Of a stretch of DNA of 64,000 bases, positions 30,464-40,719 are shown one piece after another; positions within the stretch are counted from its first letter, which is position 1; each line of letters starts with the position of its first letter. The position numbers and the translations under genes were made by a program. The notes beneath the pieces are model-generated. The model was not told where the DNA came from, did no database searches, and saw only the letters and a program-made list of their open reading frames with translations. Source of the DNA: a virus. Where the stretch lies: positions 1 through 64,000 of the IMG/VR virus record IMGVR_UViG_3300002307_000002; one strand, 5' to 3'.

Positions 30464-31627
30464 TTACAGTTGCCCGAGTCCGATGAAGTTCTTGGAAGGC
30501 CCCTCACCCCCGGCAGTCTTAGTTTCTGTTCTTGATTTCTGCAATTGCTTGCCCAGCCTTTGTGTGTTCTGTGTTTTAGCTTCACGGGCAATCAGTTCTT
30601 TCAGGTTGCCTTTCTTGTACAGGAAGTATAAACTTTCCATCTGCCTGGCTATGTCTGTATCCACTGGCTGTACGATAACAAACTTGCCATTTTCAACCTG
30701 TATCTTTCCTTTCACAAAATCCAGGAAAGGTTGCTTGTCTGTGTCAGGTATAACAAGATTGATACCCTTACCCTCTACAATCAGGTCATTCAGATTGGAG
30801 CTTAACTTGCTTACTGAACGCTGGTATTCCTGTTCGTTCTGTACCCGGCGCTGTTCAATTGCTGCAAGCTGGTCTTCCTGTTCCTTCTTTACAGCTTTGT
30901 AGGCTGTGTTAGAAACATCAAAGAGCTTGTTGTCTTTAATGGCCTTATCAATTACAAGCTGTATGGTGTCATCATCCAGCCCTTTGGCCCTTAGACTTTC
31001 TCTGTAAACTGCTGTCTGTATGTCAACATTCTCTTTGAATGTGTCATACTCAGGCAAGCTAAATGTTTTGTTAGAAAAGAATTCTTCATCGCTACCACCT
31101 GCTTGTCTGTGGAGCATGTATGCGTAGCCTCTTGGGTCAGTCTTTTTCAGGTAGGCTTCAAAGTCATCAGCTGCCTTGTTTGCTACTGCTTTCTCCCTGT
31201 AGTATACACCTTCAGGACTGAGTGGGTCAACTCCTTCAGGATATTCTACTGTCAATTCCCAGCCATGGCGCTTGTTAACATCCTCCCAGAATGCTGCCGG
31301 GTCAATGTCCCCTTCATCACCAGCTTCTGCCGGTTTGAAGTTGGGGTCTTTAACTACCTTACCAGACTCATCTTTGATGTAGCCTTCCTGTAAGGAGCCA
31401 TCTTCATTTACCCCTTCAGTGGCTGAGGATGAACCTTGAGCTTTGTCGGCTGCTTCCTTGGCTGTCTTTTCAGCGGCGGCTTTCTCTGCTTCAGCTTTTG
31501 CCTGTGCTGCTGCCAGGTCTGTTGGATTAGTAGCGCCATCTCCAGCATTTAAGTCTGCGAGAGTGAATGTTCCACCAGTACCACTTCCGGTACCGGTATC
31601 ATAAAATTTACGTAATAGCTGTTCCAT
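30464..31627 (-). CDS. Putative scaffolding protein
   Basis: Acidic, low-complexity N-terminus and coiled coil between portal and MCP. Confidence 0.7.
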   Translation of the reverse strand: MEQLLRKFYDTGTGSGTGGTFTLADLNAGDGATNPTDLAAAQAKAEAEKAAAEKTAKEAADKAQGSSSATEGVNEDGSLQEGYIKDESGKVVKDPNFKPAEAGDEGDIDPAAFWEDVNKRHGWELTVEYPEGVDPLSPEGVYYREKAVANKAADDFEAYLKKTDPRGYAYMLHRQAGGSDEEFFSNKTFSLPEYDTFKENVDIQTAVYRESLRAKGLDDDTIQLVIDKAIKDNKLFDVSNTAYKAVKKEQEDQLAAIEQRRVQNEQEYQRSVSKLSSNLNDLIVEGKGINLVIPDTDKQPFLDFVKGKIQVENGKFVIVQPVDTDIARQMESLYFLYKKGNLKELIAREAKTQNTQRLGKQLQKSRTETKTAGGEGPSKNFIGLGQL

Positions 31628-31637
31628 ACTGTATAGT

Positions 31638-34103
31638 TTAGTTCTTAGAAGACTTGTATCTTATAGCCTTAACCTTCTGCTTCTCAATGCGTTCTTTGCT
31701 CTTCAGCTTCTCCCTTTCCAGCTGTAGTTTCTGTTGGGCCTGTTGGTGTTGAAGACTGGCTACATGCTCACGGCTACTGATTTCAGCATAAGCCTTACGC
31801 TCCTCAGATGCAACCTTGCTGGCTGCTATCACACGTTTGGATATTTCTGAAGCATCAGGTATGCCATTGTTGTTGGCATCACCAGTAGTCATACCAGCGG
31901 CTTCAAGAGCATATTCACCAACAATCATCTGGTTTTCATCTTTTCTATCCCACTCTGCATTGATTTCCTCTATCTTGAGCTGTGAAGCAATCTTGAGGAA
32001 TTGCTCTTTCATGGCCTCAACCTCTTTCTCGTGTTGCTGCTCAGCTTCCTGATTAGCCTGGGCCTGTTGAGTTTCAATGTTTTCAATCTCCTTCAGCTTG
32101 GCTTTTAATTCAGCCACATTGTTACTGTGCTGTATTTCAAGAACAGTGGAAAGTTTGATGTCAGGACGTTGAAGCATGGTTTGTGCGCCTTGCTTGTACT
32201 CTTGCAATGTTTGTAATTCTGAGGCTGAACCGTTGACAAACAAGCCCAGTTCTGCATTACAGTAGCTGTTGGGGTCAATGTCCAGCAGCTCTTTATCGAA
32301 ATCATCCTGGTTGTAGATAGCCCGGATGCCGTCTGTGTTTATGAATTTGGAAAAGTCAAGTATACCCTGCAGTTCACGTTCTGTGAATTCCTCATACAGC
32401 GTGAATATCATATCTGTAATCACAGAAGACTGATACATCAGGTTTTGCTGTACTCCCAATCCTTCTCCGCTGGGGGCAGTCTGGCCTTTGCGCGGAGCAT
32501 TGATACCCAGTACATCATCCCAGTCTTTCTTAAAGCTGTCACGCAGCATGATGAGTTTTTCAATCTGGTCAAACAAGCTCATGTCTACCGTGGTATACTG
32601 GTTGAAACTTTTGTCTACACCCTGTTGATTTCTATCAATCATGGCATAGCCCAGCGCATCTGCATAATAGAAGAACTTTTCATCATTCCATCCATTCTTC
32701 CTTGGGATAACGTTTTGGTCAAAGATGAATATCTTACCCTTGTTCTTAGCTATAGTTTTCTCCAGTGTGAAGTTGGTTATCATGTACATGATGGCATAGG
32801 GTACACCCATTTCCATCACGGATATGTTATCACTGTGAACATCGCTGTAATGCCTGCCGTTGTATGGCAGCTTACAGGTGGAGTAGTTGTTCATCTCATT
32901 GCGCTGAACAGGCACGGCCCGCATCTTGGCAAAGGTGTTATCTCCTATTCTCCAGCCTTCGAGAGCTTCATTCACCCACTCAGTTTTGGTTATCTTAACA
33001 CCCATGCCTGCCTGTACGTCCTCATCCACTATCATTTCCTGTATCTTGCCCGTTAGTGGGTCTGTGTATTCAGCATGTTTAATCTCCTTACGGCTTTTCC
33101 AGCATACGTGGTACACTGGTATCTTACCGCTGTAGGTGTCGTATTTGGAAAACTCTTCTTGTAAGTAGTTGTACATGGAGAAAGGGGTAACCCAATGGCT
33201 TCTCTTCTCCAGTTCTTCGTGGTCTGCATCTTTCAGTTCATCATAAAAGCGGTCTACCACATCTGAAATGGTCATAAGAATACGCCTTACTGTCCATTCA
33301 CCATCTTCAATGTATTCTATGTTAGGACTTTTGTCAAAGTCAATCTCCAACGGGCTAACACGTTCATATACAAAGTTTCCCAGCTCAATGTTCTTATAGC
33401 TATATACCCTGCCGGTAACCAGCCAGTCTCTGAACATCTTGAGCAACTTAGGGCGTATGTAGTACTCCCTTAATGCCCTCTTCATCCAGCGCTGGCCTTG
33501 TATAGCCAGGTTATCTTTATAGTTGGCTGTTTTCCGTTCCTTTACGCTTTCAGGTATTTCAATTTCATCATCCTGAGGTATCTCTTGTCCATCCTGTAAC
33601 TGCCCAGCTTCTTTCATTTTCTGCTGAGCAATAGCCATGAAGTGTTCTTGCAGGTTACTCTCTACAGCTTTATTCATACTTTCCACATAGCTGTTAAATC
33701 CTTCTTCACCCATGTTCACCACTTGGAATGAAAATGGCCTCTTAGGGTATTCTCCCATTAAGAGGTCAATGTTCGTCCGTATCATGGTAGTCGGGCGTAT
33801 CTTGGCAGGGTAGCGTGTGTGCTGTGGGTCAGCTGCATTAAGAGGGTCAGTGAAATGGCTAAACCACTCAAGAGGGAAGTGGTTGTTGTATATCTGGTAC
33901 AGCATCCTCAAATCTTTACGGGCAGAAGGAGCCGTACCGAAGTTGAAGTTAGATAGATGAATGTAGTAGTCTATGTTCTTCTTGAACCAGTCGTACTTAT
34001 CAGCAATCTTCTCACTCCAGCTTAAACGTTGCAGAGGTCTGCCGGTAGGCACCTCACGTTTGACTGAGTCTGGTTTATCCCTCTCGTTGATTGAATTGGC
34101 CAT
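31638..34103 (-). CDS. Portal protein
   Basis: 821 aa; IDLLMGEYPKRP, KLPYNG, C-terminal coiled coil; follows terminase. Confidence 0.9.
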   Translation of the reverse strand: MANSINERDKPDSVKREVPTGRPLQRLSWSEKIADKYDWFKKNIDYYIHLSNFNFGTAPSARKDLRMLYQIYNNHFPLEWFSHFTDPLNAADPQHTRYPAKIRPTTMIRTNIDLLMGEYPKRPFSFQVVNMGEEGFNSYVESMNKAVESNLQEHFMAIAQQKMKEAGQLQDGQEIPQDDEIEIPESVKERKTANYKDNLAIQGQRWMKRALREYYIRPKLLKMFRDWLVTGRVYSYKNIELGNFVYERVSPLEIDFDKSPNIEYIEDGEWTVRRILMTISDVVDRFYDELKDADHEELEKRSHWVTPFSMYNYLQEEFSKYDTYSGKIPVYHVCWKSRKEIKHAEYTDPLTGKIQEMIVDEDVQAGMGVKITKTEWVNEALEGWRIGDNTFAKMRAVPVQRNEMNNYSTCKLPYNGRHYSDVHSDNISVMEMGVPYAIMYMITNFTLEKTIAKNKGKIFIFDQNVIPRKNGWNDEKFFYYADALGYAMIDRNQQGVDKSFNQYTTVDMSLFDQIEKLIMLRDSFKKDWDDVLGINAPRKGQTAPSGEGLGVQQNLMYQSSVITDMIFTLYEEFTERELQGILDFSKFINTDGIRAIYNQDDFDKELLDIDPNSYCNAELGLFVNGSASELQTLQEYKQGAQTMLQRPDIKLSTVLEIQHSNNVAELKAKLKEIENIETQQAQANQEAEQQHEKEVEAMKEQFLKIASQLKIEEINAEWDRKDENQMIVGEYALEAAGMTTGDANNNGIPDASEISKRVIAASKVASEERKAYAEISSREHVASLQHQQAQQKLQLEREKLKSKERIEKQKVKAIRYKSSKN

Positions 34104-34117
34104 ACTGTTGTAAATTA

Positions 34118-36226
34118 CTACCCCAGCATGCTTGTGCTTCCTGCTCCCTGTGAAGCATAGTTACCCCCAAAGAGTGGTCGGGTGTAAAATCCCTGGTCAT
34201 CTTCTGTAGTTCTTGATTCCTCTTTATAAGCGTTTTCCTTGAGCATGAACATGGCTAGTCTGCCAGCGGATAGTCGGTCAGCATTCTTTTCAGGGTTATA
34301 TTTCTTCATCTCCCGTAACATACCGATGTCATAGCAGCGGTGGATATTCAATATAGGCTTACCATCCTCTGTATACCCCCGCACTTTGGTGTGCCAGTTA
34401 ACCAGATAGGTGATACCTAGCCTGGCTTTTTCTGTACCCATATTCATAAAAATGGCCCGGTTGCGTTGAGAAGCTGTGGAATTGTATTCCTTGTTATTAC
34501 CCATCATCTCTGGCTCTCTCTCCAGCTTGTGTAAGAGTTTGTTCGTTTTGGCATAATCCACTATACCCTGCCCACCACCAGCTATCTCTGATTGGATGGT
34601 ACAGTTATAAAGGTCTGATAGCATGAACAGATTGGCGTAAGCTGTATCAAGATTCTGGGGACGGCCCACATACCAGGCTATCGGCAGTTCCTCATCCACC
34701 GGGCTAAGCTGGTTGAATTGCTTCCACACTTGCACTACAAACAGGGAAGTGAGGTCTTCACTCTCTTCTTTGTAATATGGGTCAACAACTATCTGGTACA
34801 TTCCATCTGGAACGTTACCACGCTGATCACGGAATGGTGCGGCAACTATTGTGATACAGCCTTCAAGGTCGTCTTTCTGGTTGTGAGGGTATTGCTCTAC
34901 TGGCTTAGCTACATCCTTTGGCTGAGGAATGAACATCACACCCAGCTTTTCATCCCTGATGAGATGGCCATACCTTAGCATACCCTGTATAGCCTGTTGG
35001 GTTTCAATCCTTCTTATCTGTGCATCTACTTCAGCTACATTGAAAGAGTTCTTTCTCAGCCTCTTGAACGCCTCAGATGGGAACAGTGGATACTCAGCTT
35101 TATGTCCGTCAAGTACCTGCGGGTCTTTGGCCTTCTTCTTTTGTACCCGTATCTTTTTCTCACTCTCAATGGCCATGACAATATCCACGTTACCATTCTC
35201 ATCCATGAATGTGGACTTGGTACGCCACACCGGTACGAAATATCCACATGTAGTATTCTCAAATCCAGGTTCCCACACATTGGGGAAAGCAAGCATATCA
35301 AAACTTTCCGGGTCATAAAACATATCTTCCAGCCCTTCAATATCCGGGCCTTCTTCACCACCAGTACCCAGCACTGTTATCTGTCCTACGTATATGTCAC
35401 CATCCTTCATAGAACCTTGACACACGTTGTAGGCTTTCTTCAGATTGCGGAGTGAACCACTTTCTTCAAAGGTTATCTTGCGACCACGTTTGCCTCTCGT
35501 CTTATCAGGGTCATCAACTACTACCCCCATGATTTCAGACATGCTACCACGTTCCACCCCGAATGAATCTACGTAGCTGGCCCTCATGTGCATGAGTGTG
35601 TTCTTCTTCTGCCTGTTCTTCTTCCAGTCCGGGCAGTTATCATTCACCCAATCCAGCATTGGTAATACCTTATTCAATATACCATCAGTGGTGAGGTACT
35701 GTTCAATACCAGCATAGTAGTAGTTTTTGCTGCCGTCTATGAACACGTAATTGTATACTCCATCAGCAGCTTCCATATAGCTCCATCCTGCACCACGGGC
35801 TTTGGCACACACCATGTGCCGGGCCCCGGGGGATTGTATTCCCATAAACTCTCCACCGTGCCAGGCTATATGTTTAAATCTGTTCCACTCATAGCCTATC
35901 TCATAGAAACGAGGAAAGCTGAATATCTTTTCAGCCGTAAGCTTGCCTATCTTGCCCTTACCATTCTTAGCTTCATTAAAAGCTTGTATACCAATGTTAT
36001 CCGGCACTTTCCATATAGGGGCAAAGTTCAGGTAGAAGTAATGCCGACCAGTAATCCATGTATCCCCAATCTTGTATCCTTCTTTACAGCGCTTGGCTTC
36101 GATAGCCCAAAACTCTTCCCACTCCCTGCTTCCCACTGGCGCCAAACAATAGCGCCCGCCATTCTTTGAAAAATCACGGGCTGTGTAAGAAAACTGTGCT
36201 GTATTTGTAAGGTTATGCCACCCCAT
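34118..36226 (-). CDS. terL: Terminase large subunit
   Basis: ITGRHYFYLNF, KARGAGWS (Walker A), FEESG (Walker B), GTGG coupling motif, VDPY nuclease, NADR. Confidence 0.92.
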   Translation of the reverse strand: MGWHNLTNTAQFSYTARDFSKNGGRYCLAPVGSREWEEFWAIEAKRCKEGYKIGDTWITGRHYFYLNFAPIWKVPDNIGIQAFNEAKNGKGKIGKLTAEKIFSFPRFYEIGYEWNRFKHIAWHGGEFMGIQSPGARHMVCAKARGAGWSYMEAADGVYNYVFIDGSKNYYYAGIEQYLTTDGILNKVLPMLDWVNDNCPDWKKNRQKKNTLMHMRASYVDSFGVERGSMSEIMGVVVDDPDKTRGKRGRKITFEESGSLRNLKKAYNVCQGSMKDGDIYVGQITVLGTGGEEGPDIEGLEDMFYDPESFDMLAFPNVWEPGFENTTCGYFVPVWRTKSTFMDENGNVDIVMAIESEKKIRVQKKKAKDPQVLDGHKAEYPLFPSEAFKRLRKNSFNVAEVDAQIRRIETQQAIQGMLRYGHLIRDEKLGVMFIPQPKDVAKPVEQYPHNQKDDLEGCITIVAAPFRDQRGNVPDGMYQIVVDPYYKEESEDLTSLFVVQVWKQFNQLSPVDEELPIAWYVGRPQNLDTAYANLFMLSDLYNCTIQSEIAGGGQGIVDYAKTNKLLHKLEREPEMMGNNKEYNSTASQRNRAIFMNMGTEKARLGITYLVNWHTKVRGYTEDGKPILNIHRCYDIGMLREMKKYNPEKNADRLSAGRLAMFMLKENAYKEESRTTEDDQGFYTRPLFGGNYASQGAGSTSMLG

Positions 36227-36614
36227 CCTTACCTCCTTTGAATTTAAAATACTCTTCTATGTAGTATCTTACTGATAGTTTATTCCACCTGTCCATTAGA
36301 AGTTTGTAATCCTGTTCATTGCAGTTTTTCTCAATGTCTTCCAGTAGCTCGTGAAAGAAGTACAGTGGCTCAAATTCATAATTGCTTACGTAGGCTGCTA
36401 CGTATGCAGTCTCATGGTATCCACCATAAGTGTACGGTTCAGATTCTTCACATACGCCTCTTAGCCTATATCTTATTTCTGATTTACAACTGTTCTCTTT
36501 TCCATATCCTATCTCAAGCCCTTCTCCGCTGTCTCCCCACCAGTTGTCAAATCCCAGGTAGCGTACAAGCTTGGCTGTCAAGGGGAGCACTGCAAATTCA
36601 AATGGATAGTTCAT
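36213..36614 (-). CDS. Hypothetical protein
   Basis: 133-aa ORF overlapping both neighbours in operon fashion. Confidence 0.65.
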   Translation of the reverse strand: MNYPFEFAVLPLTAKLVRYLGFDNWWGDSGEGLEIGYGKENSCKSEIRYRLRGVCEESEPYTYGGYHETAYVAAYVSNYEFEPLYFFHELLEDIEKNCNEQDYKLLMDRWNKLSVRYYIEEYFKFKGGKDGVA

Positions 36615-37300
36615 ATATCTTCCTCCTTTTCATCTTCATCATCTATTCCACGTAATAGTTGTCCTATGTCATTGAAACTCACTGAAGCTGCAGCAGGAGC
36701 AGCAGTCTCTTCTTTCCACTCACCCATGCCAGCGGTTTCCTTGCGGCCCAGGGTGGCTGTACCACGGATACTGGTTTCACCTTTCAGCTCTTCCTGTACA
36801 CGTTTGCGGAATTTGTCTACACTGTCATAGGCAGCCCCTATCCGCTGAAGGTTAAGAATGTATTTGGCTGGGTCGTGCAGTATCTCTCCTTTTTTATCTA
36901 CGGCTGAGAAATCTATGGTGTTGAAGTAATCATCCATGGCATCCAGAGATTTCTCAATCGCCTGTAATGTCTTCAAGCTGCGGGATGACTTGAGAAGGAG
37001 TTGATTGTACAAAGCATGCGCTTCCATCACCGGCCCATCAAGGTCAGCTTCTGTGAGCCCAGCGTATCTCATTGCTTCCTGCCGTCTCTCAAAATCTTCC
37101 CACTCACGGATCGGGGAGGTGAAGTCTAAATCGAAATATATGAAAGTGAACTCCCGGCGTGCTTTCAGTTTCTTGTCTCCACGGTAGTCTCCGGCTGAGC
37201 CTTTGTCCCGTTTAATCAGGAAGCTAAATTCTGGTATCAGGTACAGCCATTCCTTGTTCAAGTCTACCTGGTAACCTTCATCGAGTATGAATAATCTCAT
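36611..37300 (-). CDS. Conserved crAss-like protein upstream of TerL (possible small terminase)
   Basis: 229 aa helical; RDK...KARREFTFIYF; position. Confidence 0.55.
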   Translation of the reverse strand: MRLFILDEGYQVDLNKEWLYLIPEFSFLIKRDKGSAGDYRGDKKLKARREFTFIYFDLDFTSPIREWEDFERRQEAMRYAGLTEADLDGPVMEAHALYNQLLLKSSRSLKTLQAIEKSLDAMDDYFNTIDFSAVDKKGEILHDPAKYILNLQRIGAAYDSVDKFRKRVQEELKGETSIRGTATLGRKETAGMGEWKEETAAPAAASVSFNDIGQLLRGIDDEDEKEEDI

Positions 37301-37608
37301 GCTTCACCTCCTTCTGCTGCAAACAGCTGGTTGAGTTCAGTCTGTGTAAGCCCTTTCAATACAGCTTTGTCTACCGGCCCTAAGCTGTGGTAGTAGTCCT
37401 TGAACTGCTGCTCTCCATGCTTTACCATAATCTTTCCGAGGTATGGGATAAATACTCCTTCCATTCCTCCTGAACGTATGGTGGTAGCAATGAACTCTCC
37501 GTAGTGGTGTACTGCATGCTCAACTATCATCAAGGAAACATTCTGCTCCTCAGCTACTTCCTTAGCGATGCGTTTGTTACAGGTTGTATTTGATTGTTTT
37601 GGATTCAT
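37297..37608 (-). CDS. HU/IHF-like DNA-binding protein
   Basis: IAKEVAEE...GVFIPYLGKIMVK resembles the HU fold. Confidence 0.6.
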   Translation of the reverse strand: MNPKQSNTTCNKRIAKEVAEEQNVSLMIVEHAVHHYGEFIATTIRSGGMEGVFIPYLGKIMVKHGEQQFKDYYHSLGPVDKAVLKGLTQTELNQLFAAEGGEA

Positions 37609-38386
37609 AGGAACGGAAGTTGAAGCTGGCCATAGACACTGCCTCCTTCTTCAGATAGGGCACGTCATATTTAACCGGCTTAGGATTTGGATTATCAGGT
37701 GTCGGATGTGGAAAATGGGTGATGCTCATCTTGCCAGGAAGGAACCCCTGGTACCCCAGCATGAGCATGTATATAGAAAGCTGTAAACAGTAATGCCACC
37801 AGTTGCAATCCTGTATGTGAGCAATTGGTGGCTTCATCATTTTACGCCTACCGTCTCTGAACTGGTAGCTTTCAAATGCCAGTTTCTCGTTGGTTTTGTA
37901 ATCTTCAATGAAAGCGTATCTTTTTACCCTTTCGTAAGGATTGGCATGCTCTATCGGGTATTCTGTAAGCAGTATTACCTTGTCACTCCTACCAGCAATC
38001 TTGTACCCGTGGTGCCACAACTTAGCTTCAGTGTACACACCATCAGGCCGGGAAATCCATGGGTCAGTTTCCAGTATCATACCATCATGTACCGGCATCT
38101 GTCTGTTTTCATAGAAGTCTATCTGCCTGGATTTCAGTATCAGCTCTTGCTGATCGTGAATGTTGTTACCCCGTATCTTGGATTTCTCGTTTTTAGTGGC
38201 CCATTTGTCCTTCCAATATGCAGCAGTCATACCATGCTTACGGGCATAGTTTTCTGCTATGGTGTCTGTGTCAAACTCATTTGTGAATTTCTCCACAAGC
38301 TGAGAAGCAGATGTGTATCGTATCCCACCGAGTGAGTACAAGTGGGCTGAGTCGTTGTAGTCTACCGGGGTGTCTTTGGTTAGCAT
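37577..38386 (-). CDS. PD-(D/E)XK exonuclease (Cas4/RecB-like)
   Basis: H.Y...SAS, GNNIH, E..L, IAGRSD, IEDYKTN, Y.LQLSIY motifs. Confidence 0.85.
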   Translation of the reverse strand: MLTKDTPVDYNDSAHLYSLGGIRYTSASQLVEKFTNEFDTDTIAENYARKHGMTAAYWKDKWATKNEKSKIRGNNIHDQQELILKSRQIDFYENRQMPVHDGMILETDPWISRPDGVYTEAKLWHHGYKIAGRSDKVILLTEYPIEHANPYERVKRYAFIEDYKTNEKLAFESYQFRDGRRKMMKPPIAHIQDCNWWHYCLQLSIYMLMLGYQGFLPGKMSITHFPHPTPDNPNPKPVKYDVPYLKKEAVSMASFNFRSYESKTIKYNL

Positions 38387-38388
38387 TG

Positions 38389-38628
38389 TTAGTGCTTTGG
38401 GTGTGTAGTGTCTGTAGCAGCTTTATCCTGCATCTGTACCTGAGAGTATATTACTTGCTGAAGCTGAGTGATAACTGTGTGCTCTGCTTCACTTTTGTCA
38501 AGCGCGTAGCCTAATGCTTGCACTTGAGCAGGGGTGAGTATCAGATGGTATTGAGTTGGTGGATTGCCAACTTTGAATGCAAGAAGGCTCAAGGATAGCA
38601 GAAGGATGGCTCCTTTCAGTAGTTTCAT
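38389..38628 (-). CDS. Small protein with signal peptide
   Basis: MKLLKGAILLLSLSLLAF N-terminus. Confidence 0.6.
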   Translation of the reverse strand: MKLLKGAILLLSLSLLAFKVGNPPTQYHLILTPAQVQALGYALDKSEAEHTVITQLQQVIYSQVQMQDKAATDTTHPKH

Positions 38629-38650
38629 AGTATGGATTTTACGTGGTGGA

Positions 38651-39022
38651 TTATCGGGTTACAGCTTTAACAGCATACATCTGGGCTGTCTCCAGGTTGG
38701 TTTTGGCTATGGCTGCCAATCTGTTAATGCTTCCTACTTGTTTAGCTGAAAGCATGGTTGGCCCTGTTAGTTTAACTTTCACCCATTTGTCAATCTCATC
38801 ATAAGTATCAGCAAATACTTGCTTGATACACTTGACATCTTCCCTCTGGCCCGGGTTGAATGTTACCGACATCTCCTCTTGTCCCTCGGTTATGGTGCGT
38901 GTCTGAGCGTTGTGCAGTTCTTTCCAGGTTTTAAAGCTGTCTTCAATTACTGGCTGTCCAAGTGGTAATGTGGTTAGGTACTTACCAAATTCAAGAAGGT
39001 CTTGTTCTGTGTAGAGTTTCAT
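38651..39022 (-). CDS. Protein with C-terminal Acb2/Tad1-like helical hairpin (candidate nucleotide-signal sponge)
   Basis: TFNPG...V..IK...RLAAIAKTNLETAQMYAVKAVT; likely start MKLYTEQ. Confidence 0.65.
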   Translation of the reverse strand: MKLYTEQDLLEFGKYLTTLPLGQPVIEDSFKTWKELHNAQTRTITEGQEEMSVTFNPGQREDVKCIKQVFADTYDEIDKWVKVKLTGPTMLSAKQVGSINRLAAIAKTNLETAQMYAVKAVTR

Positions 39023-39134
39023 AGTAAAGATGGATTGGATTAAGAAGATTAGCAACGGCCTGTCACCGTGTGAGTGACCTATGAAGCCTAAGATACCCTC
39101 AAGCTGTGAGATGAGTGGAAGGTTTAACGGAGAG

Positions 39135-39476
39135 TTAACAATCTATATTTATATACGTTGAAATTCTCATATTTAAACCTTTAAACTCATCCGTAGTTAT
39201 TAATCTTCCTAAGCATGGGTCATAAATATGGCCAGACATCCAGAGTACCCAATGCCAGTTATTTGTTCTCAGTGTTTTGTTTCTTGATATACACAAGGCT
39301 GTGTGATGTGTAGGTTTTTTTGTCTTCTTTCCAAGTTTTATATGTACTGATAGCTCTTTAGTAGTAGTTCCTTTAACATGCCCTATTAACTTGATAGCAG
39401 ATTCAAGCGATATGTTTAACACAGTAGCAAGACAGCAATGCCCACAAAGACTACTTCCGGTTGGTTGTTGTATCAT
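39135..39476 (-). CDS. C39-like cysteine peptidase domain protein
   Basis: QQPTGSSLCGHCCLATVL...GTT...HWVL...IYDP (Q/C/H/D catalytic pattern); likely start MIQQP. Confidence 0.65.
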   Translation of the reverse strand: MIQQPTGSSLCGHCCLATVLNISLESAIKLIGHVKGTTTKELSVHIKLGKKTKKPTHHTALCISRNKTLRTNNWHWVLWMSGHIYDPCLGRLITTDEFKGLNMRISTYINIDC

Positions 39477-39736
39477 GGAATGTAAAATACATCCGAGTAA
39501 ATGTTTTTGTGTACTGTTTACTATACAGCTTGAGTTCTGGTGATAGTGGTAAGTAAAAAGGAGTGAGATGGATTTATAGGACATGTGTGTTGGTGGGGAG
39601 AGGTACCACCTCCATCGCCACTCCCCCTCGAAATCTTGGCGGGAAAGGTACCGGGGTGCTTGTGCAAGCAAAGCATTCAGGCTGCTGGAAAAAATTCCCG
39701 ACCGTAAAAGAATTCTTAACCACAAACTTAAATACA

Positions 39737-39952
39737 ATGAAAACGTCATCTAAAATCGCACTTGCTCTGTTCTTGCTTCTTGCCCCTATCATATTTGTAT
39801 ATGGGGCATACTTCCTTACATTGGAAGCATTTGATTTTAAAGCAGTGTTTCATCATCATCTGTTTCGTATCACAGTTACCCTGTATTATGCAGGATTGGG
39901 TATATTCCAATTCTCCAGAATGTTGGGAAAAGCCACATCTTCTTGGTATTAG
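39737..39952 (+). CDS. Small two-TM membrane protein
   Basis: MKTSSKIALALFLLLAPIIFVYG...; followed by terminator. Confidence 0.6.
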   Translation: MKTSSKIALALFLLLAPIIFVYGAYFLTLEAFDFKAVFHHHLFRITVTLYYAGLGIFQFSRMLGKATSSWY

Positions 39953-39957
39953 TTATC

Positions 39958-39980
39958 AGCCCCTTAACTGGGGCTTTCTT
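39958..39980 (+). terminator. Intrinsic terminator
   Basis: AGCCCC-TTAACT-GGGGCT followed by TTCTT. Confidence 0.55.
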
Positions 39981-40041
39981 ATGTCTTAATTATCCTTAAC
40001 TATAAAACCTTACGGAGATACAGGGTTAACCGTATTAAGCT

Positions 40042-40719
40042 ATGTCACGCAAAATTGTAATCGGCGACAACGAAATCGAATTGAAAGAAAGTGCTATCAA
40101 GTGGACACTTACCACAACACAGGCAGTGTTTAACAAACGCAGGGAGTATTCTGCTGAGCATGCTGGTTCACGCTTTAAGTTTCTGGTAGGTAAAGCAGGT
40201 GCTCAAGTTGTACAGGCTATGGCTGTAGTGAATGCCAAGGGTGAAACTGTAATGGCTGCCAATGGCTCTGGTGTATTGCTGAAAAAGATTTACAACCTGG
40301 TTGCCAACAGTGCAGAGGCTGTAAGAAGGCTTGAGCCGGTATTGATGGCCGCAGTGGATGCTGAAGAAGGTGGCGACAAAGACCTTGCAGCAGACCTGTA
40401 CAACTATTACCTGAACCGCACTGCCATCAGCTTCAACGTGTTGAGCACATCCAGCCAGTATGAGCAGGATTTGTGCATGAGCGAGATTGAGGCTGAGCTT
40501 CAGGAAGTGAAAACCGAGAATGGCAGTATCCTGACCATTGCTGCTGGTACTATCAAGGTGCTTAAAGCTGAGTATGGTGCTAAGGCTGCTGAGCTTCCAA
40601 GCAATCCATTTGCTCGTATTGCTGCACAGCGTAAGGCTGCTACCGGGAAGGATGGTAGTGGTGAGGGTGTGAGAACACATCAGGTGAACATACCTGAAGG
40701 TGCTGCACTGACCGTGTAA
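40042..40719 (+). CDS. Hypothetical protein
   Basis: 225-aa ORF with strongly biased codon usage. Confidence 0.75.
   Translation: MSRKIVIGDNEIELKESAIKWTLTTTQAVFNKRREYSAEHAGSRFKFLVGKAGAQVVQAMAVVNAKGETVMAANGSGVLLKKIYNLVANSAEAVRRLEPVLMAAVDAEEGGDKDLAADLYNYYLNRTAISFNVLSTSSQYEQDLCMSEIEAELQEVKTENGSILTIAAGTIKVLKAEYGAKAAELPSNPFARIAAQRKAATGKDGSGEGVRTHQVNIPEGAALTV

Noticed and set aside
37577-38386. CRISPR-Cas system suggested by Cas4-like nuclease
   Set aside because: No repeat-spacer array or other cas genes; stand-alone PD-(D/E)XK nucleases are usual in crAss-like phages.
53-38514. Numerous plus-strand ORFs in the track over the late module
   Set aside because: Antisense shadows of long minus-strand genes with no recognisable motifs.
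1-39500. Stop-codon recoding (TAG/TGA) as in some crAss clades
   Set aside because: Terminase, portal, MCP and cargo ORFs are full length in the standard code; no suppressor tRNA seen.
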